Virus record (IMG/VR): IMGVR_UViG_3300042310_000427
Span: 2,371 to 66,370 of that record
DNA: 64,000 nt
From: a virus
Strand: one strand, 5' to 3'
Positions within the stretch are counted from its first letter, which is position 1. Every line of letters begins with the position of its first letter. Below, one piece after another: positions 59,394-64,000 of the stretch. The position numbers were made by a program, and so were the translations under genes. The notes under the pieces were generated by a model. That model did no database searches. It was not told where the DNA came from and saw only the letters and a program-made list of their open reading frames with translations.

Positions 59394-60636
59394 TAATAAC
59401 TTCCTCCATAATTTCAATTTGAAGTTTATCTACACCTCGCTGTACTTGTTCCATAATAATTTGCAGGTCAAGTTCTTTGGCAAGTTTTTGAATAACCTTT
59501 AATCTATCAACTCCAAGAGATTCGCCTCTTTGGATAAATAACATTCCAAGGGAAGGATTTTCAGCAATTTTCATTCTTACGCCAAGTTCCATAATCTCTG
59601 ATGATGATAGATTGCTTGTGGATACAGGAACACCTCTCCAAATTAAGCCTTCCTCATTAAACAATAAATCATCTACAGATAAGGCACATTCTTTAATTGT
59701 ATGGGCAATTTCTTCTCTGGCACTTTCAATCATAATGGTAAGGTTTTGGGATTTCTCAGTAAGTTCCTTAAGGACATCTTTACCTATTAAATAATCTAAT
59801 TTAGTAGCATAATTAGCATTTAGTTCCATTGCATTGTCTTTTTGGGCCATAAGCTCAGATACATCCACCGGTTTGTTTGTTTTAAGGTATTCCTCTGCCT
59901 TTAAAACTTTATCAAGCACTTCTAATTTCTTGGCCTTTAATCTTTCAATTTCTTGGTCTATGGATTCGATTTCTTTTTTGTTAGATTCAAGCCTTTGGGA
60001 TACACCTTCAATGTCATTATTAGATTTGATAGACATTGCAAGTTTTTCAGACAGTTCTTTAATATCAATCTTCTTTTCAGGGATTTTATTTAAGTCAATC
60101 TTATGGTAATTATGATTTGCAAGGATATTCTCATTGGCTTTAATTTGAGAGTTTATCTCAGTTCTGGTTCTGAAATAATCATCAACTCTATTCTCACATT
60201 CAATGACTACTTGTTTAACTTCATCATCTAAAAATGATTTGTAAATCTCTACTTGTTGTTTGCGCCCTGCCTTAGTTTCTGATAGTCTTACAAACTCATC
60301 AATATCAAAATCTACTGCACCTACTACATTAGCAAGGACTGATTTGCGTGTATCTACAATACCCTCTGGGGATGTAACTGTTACTACAGGTTTGCCATGT
60401 TTAAATCTGACTAAAAACTTCCATTCATTGCCATCTTTATCTACAATGATATAACCTTCACCATCTGCCTTCTCAGGGATGGATGTCTGCCTACCAAGTG
60501 CAATTTCTATGAATTGGATTACTGAGGACTTCCCTCTGCCATTATCTCCTAAGAGAATGATGTTGTGTCCGTTAATTTCCTTTTCAAGGTTTCTGACTAC
60601 CTTAAAGTCTTTAATGTTTATTTTTACGAGTTTCAT
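59380..60636 (-). CDS. SMC/Rad50-like ATPase
   Basis: GDNGRGKSS Walker A, central coiled coil, degenerate LSSSE signature. Confidence 0.85.
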   Translation of the reverse strand: MKLVKINIKDFKVVRNLEKEINGHNIILLGDNGRGKSSVIQFIEIALGRQTSIPEKADGEGYIIVDKDGNEWKFLVRFKHGKPVVTVTSPEGIVDTRKSVLANVVGAVDFDIDEFVRLSETKAGRKQQVEIYKSFLDDEVKQVVIECENRVDDYFRTRTEINSQIKANENILANHNYHKIDLNKIPEKKIDIKELSEKLAMSIKSNNDIEGVSQRLESNKKEIESIDQEIERLKAKKLEVLDKVLKAEEYLKTNKPVDVSELMAQKDNAMELNANYATKLDYLIGKDVLKELTEKSQNLTIMIESAREEIAHTIKECALSVDDLLFNEEGLIWRGVPVSTSNLSSSEIMELGVRMKIAENPSLGMLFIQRGESLGVDRLKVIQKLAKELDLQIIMEQVQRGVDKLQIEIMEEVINAKN

Positions 60637-60642
60637 GGTGTG

Positions 60643-61326
60643 TTATTTTTTTAAATAGTTTATTAAATCTTCTTCGTTTTTAATCCAACCCATATCTATT
60701 GCAGATATTACAGTTTTTTCAATATCGGTAATTGCTCTTAATTCTTTGGCACTTGCAAGGTTTCTCATTCCAGAAATGTGTTGACCAAAAACCTTAACAT
60801 TTATAAGCGTTGCGTATTCAGCGTAATTTGGCGATTGAATTATTGATTTTATTTTGACATTCATTGGTAAATACTCTGAACCTGCTTCAATTCTATCGAA
60901 AATCAAAGTATCAGCAACCCAAGCAATAACTTTACCATATAAAATGTAGTTTAATTCAAGTGCAATCGAAATCCATATATAAGGATGAGCTACAACTTGT
61001 TTGTTATCTCCCCTACCAGATGTCTTATAAACTCCAATTCCTTTCAAAACGCTTATAAGTTTCTCTTTTTTAACCATTCCCATAAACTTCGACATGTCGC
61101 ATTTTATGAGATTAAGTTCTAAAAGCACTCCATAGCACTTTTTAGCCATGTCGTCTGTAAGCATAAGTTGGTTTACTGTTTGACCCGTCCATCCAAATTG
61201 CCATCTACCTTTTTCGTACGCTTTCTGCAAATCGGTTACACTTAAAAATTGGTCTTTTGTGTTTTGTCTAATAATTGTGCCAAATAAATTTCTATCTGAG
61301 CTTTTTAAAATTACATTACTTTTCAT
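60643..61326 (-). CDS. KilA-N domain protein
   Basis: 'IRQNTKDQFLSVTDL...GRG...AHPYIWISIALELN'. Confidence 0.8.
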   Translation of the reverse strand: MKSNVILKSSDRNLFGTIIRQNTKDQFLSVTDLQKAYEKGRWQFGWTGQTVNQLMLTDDMAKKCYGVLLELNLIKCDMSKFMGMVKKEKLISVLKGIGVYKTSGRGDNKQVVAHPYIWISIALELNYILYGKVIAWVADTLIFDRIEAGSEYLPMNVKIKSIIQSPNYAEYATLINVKVFGQHISGMRNLASAKELRAITDIEKTVISAIDMGWIKNEEDLINYLKK

Positions 61327-61392
61327 ATTGATTATAAATATTTGACAAAATTAAAAACAAAAATTCATATAAACAAATTTATAATTATTATT

Positions 61393-62175
61393 TTACTTAT
61401 AAATTGTTTTTAAAAAATCTCTTGCATCAATTACTCTCTCTTTAATGAATCCTTCTTGCTTTTCATCTCTTTTGTATGATTTGATGTGTATTCTATATTC
61501 AAGTGGAATGTGAACAAAGTTTTCAATAATTGCTTTGCATCTGCTATCAGATTTAACCTCAGAAATATTAAGTCCAAAATTAGCTTGTTCCAACCACTCC
61601 TCAAAAAGCTCACCTTCAAAAATCATATTGTTAGCAATCTTAAGGATTTTATAATCTTCAAGCACACCACCATTATAGTATTTTTCTTTTTCGATTGCCT
61701 TGTTTACTTCAATGATTGGTGATGATAACAAAGTGTAAACCAATGTAAAGTTGCTTACTTCATACAAATCCATATAACCTCTGCCTTGTGCCTCATAAGT
61801 CTTGTTGTCCTTCTCTGAGATTTTCATTTCCTCGTATGTGAATACATCCCAAGAGTTTTTTATGTCAATAACAGTATCTTGATCTGATGCTAAAATATCA
61901 CAAGCACCATCAAAGTATTGATTTTTTTTGCGAGATTCATTCTTTTTGTAGTCATTGCCGGTAAAATCATTAAGAATTTGTATGGAGGTATCTTCAAGCA
62001 ATATCCCTTTATTTACCTTATCGAACTTCTTTTCAGGTTGTGTCCTGTTAGATGCTGCTTGAATGTATGTTTTAATGGCGGTCTTTTTACCAATTTCGCC
62101 AAGTCCTTTTACTCCTAATAAATCCACAATGTTGTGGCATCTGAATAAGAGATTGTCTATGTTAATTTTTTTCAT
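61393..62175 (-). CDS. YqaJ/lambda-type PD-(D/E)xK exonuclease
   Basis: 'KGILLE...GACD...IDIKNSW...YEAQGRGYM'; likely start MKKIN. Confidence 0.85.
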   Translation of the reverse strand: MKKINIDNLLFRCHNIVDLLGVKGLGEIGKKTAIKTYIQAASNRTQPEKKFDKVNKGILLEDTSIQILNDFTGNDYKKNESRKKNQYFDGACDILASDQDTVIDIKNSWDVFTYEEMKISEKDNKTYEAQGRGYMDLYEVSNFTLVYTLLSSPIIEVNKAIEKEKYYNGGVLEDYKILKIANNMIFEGELFEEWLEQANFGLNISEVKSDSRCKAIIENFVHIPLEYRIHIKSYKRDEKQEGFIKERVIDARDFLKTIYK

Positions 62176-62259
62176 GGTGTATTTTAAAATAGACACTAAA
62201 ATCCACAAACAATCAAAGATTGGTAGTGAAATTTAGTGTCATAAATGGTTTAATTTATC

Positions 62260-63087
62260 CTAAAATGGTAAATTTGTGTCGTCAACATCTGAGGTATCAA
62301 CAAACACTCCTGAATTAACATCATCAATTGGTGCATGAATTTCAACTGCTGCTTTATTTTCAGCAATTTTATCTTCCCATTTTTGCTCTGCATTAGATTT
62401 AGGTTCAGTAGCTTCTGGAACTGCACTTTGTGTACGTTCAAAATAAGAGGCAAGATATACTGCAAGTTCTTTATCTAAGGCTTTTGCTTCATTGTCTGTT
62501 GCTTCTGATACAGGAACAATAGCAAACTTAGGGGCAAAGTATTTAGAGGCACCTTTAGTAAGGATTCTTTCATCCTTAGTCATAATAACTGCACCTTTAT
62601 TAATTGCAGCCATATTTTTAGAAGAAAATGTCATCCAACCATCAACTGCTAACACTTCTGTTTTAGATAGTTTATGTTCACCTCCTGCAAGTGATGAGCC
62701 GGTAAACATAATATTACCAACTTGGAGCTTACCATTAGTGTCCTTATAAGCAATGTAGGTAGATTGTGCGTACTTACCACCACCTGCCTTAATAGAATCT
62801 TTAATCTCTTTGTAAAGCCCATGTTCGATAACATCTTTACCCTTTTTAACGGTAAGAACTTGTTTTGATAGGTCTTTAACCTCATTAGAGTAGATACCTA
62901 ACTTAGTGTTATCGTCAAAACCTTTAATGGTATGTAGGCTATCTAAGAATAGGAATGTAAAAGGGAGTGGAACATCAACATTTTCTTTTTTCTCCTTATC
63001 GTAATAAGAGAGAGTGCCTGTTGAACCTGACCATTGGAACCATCTTTGAGATGGGTTTTCGATTTGTGTAAAATTACTTCTTGACAT
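62260..63087 (-). CDS. single-stranded DNA-binding protein (putative)
   Basis: acidic tail ending DDTNLPF; next to the exonuclease. Confidence 0.7.
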   Translation of the reverse strand: MSRSNFTQIENPSQRWFQWSGSTGTLSYYDKEKKENVDVPLPFTFLFLDSLHTIKGFDDNTKLGIYSNEVKDLSKQVLTVKKGKDVIEHGLYKEIKDSIKAGGGKYAQSTYIAYKDTNGKLQVGNIMFTGSSLAGGEHKLSKTEVLAVDGWMTFSSKNMAAINKGAVIMTKDERILTKGASKYFAPKFAIVPVSEATDNEAKALDKELAVYLASYFERTQSAVPEATEPKSNAEQKWEDKIAENKAAVEIHAPIDDVNSGVFVDTSDVDDTNLPF

Positions 63088-63189
63088 GATTTTTTTAGAT
63101 TGTTTTTTTTTGTTATTATTTATTTTCTATGCGACAAATTTAATTCACAAAATGCAATTAAAAAAATTTATTTGTGAATATTTTTTTGG

Positions 63190-63414
63190 TTAAAATGGGC
63201 AATATTTGGGTTTTATTTTTTGGATATTCTTTCTTAGAAATGTAAGTGAGTAAAACCTACAATTAAAGTAGTATCCTATACAACCTGATTTATAACATTG
63301 AGATATTTCTCTGCCTGTTTTAATATTAAAGCATTTGCCGCACTTTGTCCATTGATATTGAGGTGACAATACAAACTCATATTCCATAGTGTATTGCTTT
63401 GATATTGTTGACAT
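63190..63414 (-). CDS. hypothetical protein
   Basis: 74 aa, Cys-containing. Confidence 0.65.
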   Translation of the reverse strand: MSTISKQYTMEYEFVLSPQYQWTKCGKCFNIKTGREISQCYKSGCIGYYFNCRFYSLTFLRKNIQKIKPKYCPF

Positions 63415-63446
63415 TTTGCTGTAGGTGTTTATAGGTAAATAAGTGA

Positions 63447-63884
63447 GTTAGTGGCAAGGCTAAACCAGACCACTATCCAAAAACTTTGAAATCAATCCAG
63501 TGTCTGTAATCATCCGAATCGACCCAAATTTCTAATTCAACTTGATACATTTTACCACTTTCCATATTTTCAATGAGTTCAGATAAATTGCTATCTTCTT
63601 TTTTAAATAGAAATTCATCTAACATTTGCCAGTTTGGTAACCATCCGTTTATAAATATAGAATTTGGGTCAACGATGTAATCATCATCGAGATTAATCAT
63701 TTCAAAAGTAAGTTTTGTTTTTTCTGCCATTGTATTTAGTTTTGTGAGAAGCCCAGCCACTAACACCGTGTATAAAAAATGGCGGTTTCTCGGTTAATTT
63801 AAAGTTTTGTAATTCTAATTAAGTTATTAGTTTGCTGAAAGTTTTGGAGTTCTAATCCACCACTTCTTATACACGCAAAACGTT
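63447..63884 (+). mobile_element. integron-type gene cassette with attC-like site (63756-63884)
   Basis: GTTAGTGGC at 63447 is the exact complement of GCCACTAAC at 63756; imperfect palindrome CGTGTATAA..TGGCGG/CCACCA..TTATACACG ending in CGTT. Confidence 0.7.
63473..63730 (-). CDS. acidic cassette-borne hypothetical protein
   Basis: likely start MAEKTK; lies between GTTAGTGGC and GCCACTAAC. Confidence 0.65.
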   Translation of the reverse strand: MAEKTKLTFEMINLDDDYIVDPNSIFINGWLPNWQMLDEFLFKKEDSNLSELIENMESGKMYQVELEIWVDSDDYRHWIDFKVFG

Positions 63885-63887
63885 CAA

Positions 63888-63919
63888 CAAACATACGACC
63901 AAAATTATTCTTCTCCAAA
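63888..63919 (-). promoter_or_regulatory. Bacteroidota-type promoter reading into the cassette
   Basis: minus-strand TTTG-N20-TATGTTTG. Confidence 0.7.
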
Positions 63920-64000
63920 TTTCTTATTTAAAAAATACATCACATCAACTGCTGATGCAGGGTAATTAAAAGAAACTGATTGCCCAAATTTAAGATCTTT

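Noticed and set aside
10007-62885. Many ORF-track entries antisense to or nested in long genes (e.g. 17488-17856, 36443-36844, 38444-38995, 42101-42655)
   Set aside because: These are shadow frames of codon-biased genes, with Ser/Phe/Leu-rich translations and no evident start or promoter signals.
1-64000. CRISPR array or tRNA genes
   Set aside because: No regularly spaced repeat-spacer series and no cloverleaf with a T-loop consensus were seen by eye; tRNAscan/ARAGORN were not run.

Overview
This window is most or all of an AT-rich dsDNA podovirus-type phage genome. The host is almost certainly Bacteroidota, given the many TAnnTTTG promoters and A-rich start regions without Shine-Dalgarno sequences. 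Layout: (i) a leftward block of small early genes (1-8.8 kb); (ii) a divergent non-coding region (~8.8-9.4 kb); (iii) a rightward arm with tandem GroES, VRR-NUC, DNA methylase, and crAss-like terminase, portal, scaffold and capsid genes, then a holin/amidase/u-spanin lysis cassette, tail ring and muzzle proteins, three ejection proteins including a 2862-aa polyvalent protein, and tail fibres (9.4-53.3 kb); (iv) a leftward replication arm with an iteron-containing initiator, DnaB, an SMC-like ATPase, KilA-N, an exonuclease and SSB (53.4-64 kb). No DNA polymerase, RNA polymerase, integrase, tRNA or CRISPR array was recognised. The most unusual signals are non-coding. These are short terminator-ended RNAs carrying the reverse complement of translation-start sequences, including the phage's own ACACACCAUG motif; a daisy-chained sRNA/attenuator/large structured RNA cluster at 22.2-23.4 kb; a CI/C4-like hairpin heading the replication operon; a seven-copy ACAACCTA-N17-TTTG late promoter; and an attC-bounded gene cassette inserted beside a phage promoter. 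All protein calls come from reading motifs by eye; no database searches were run.
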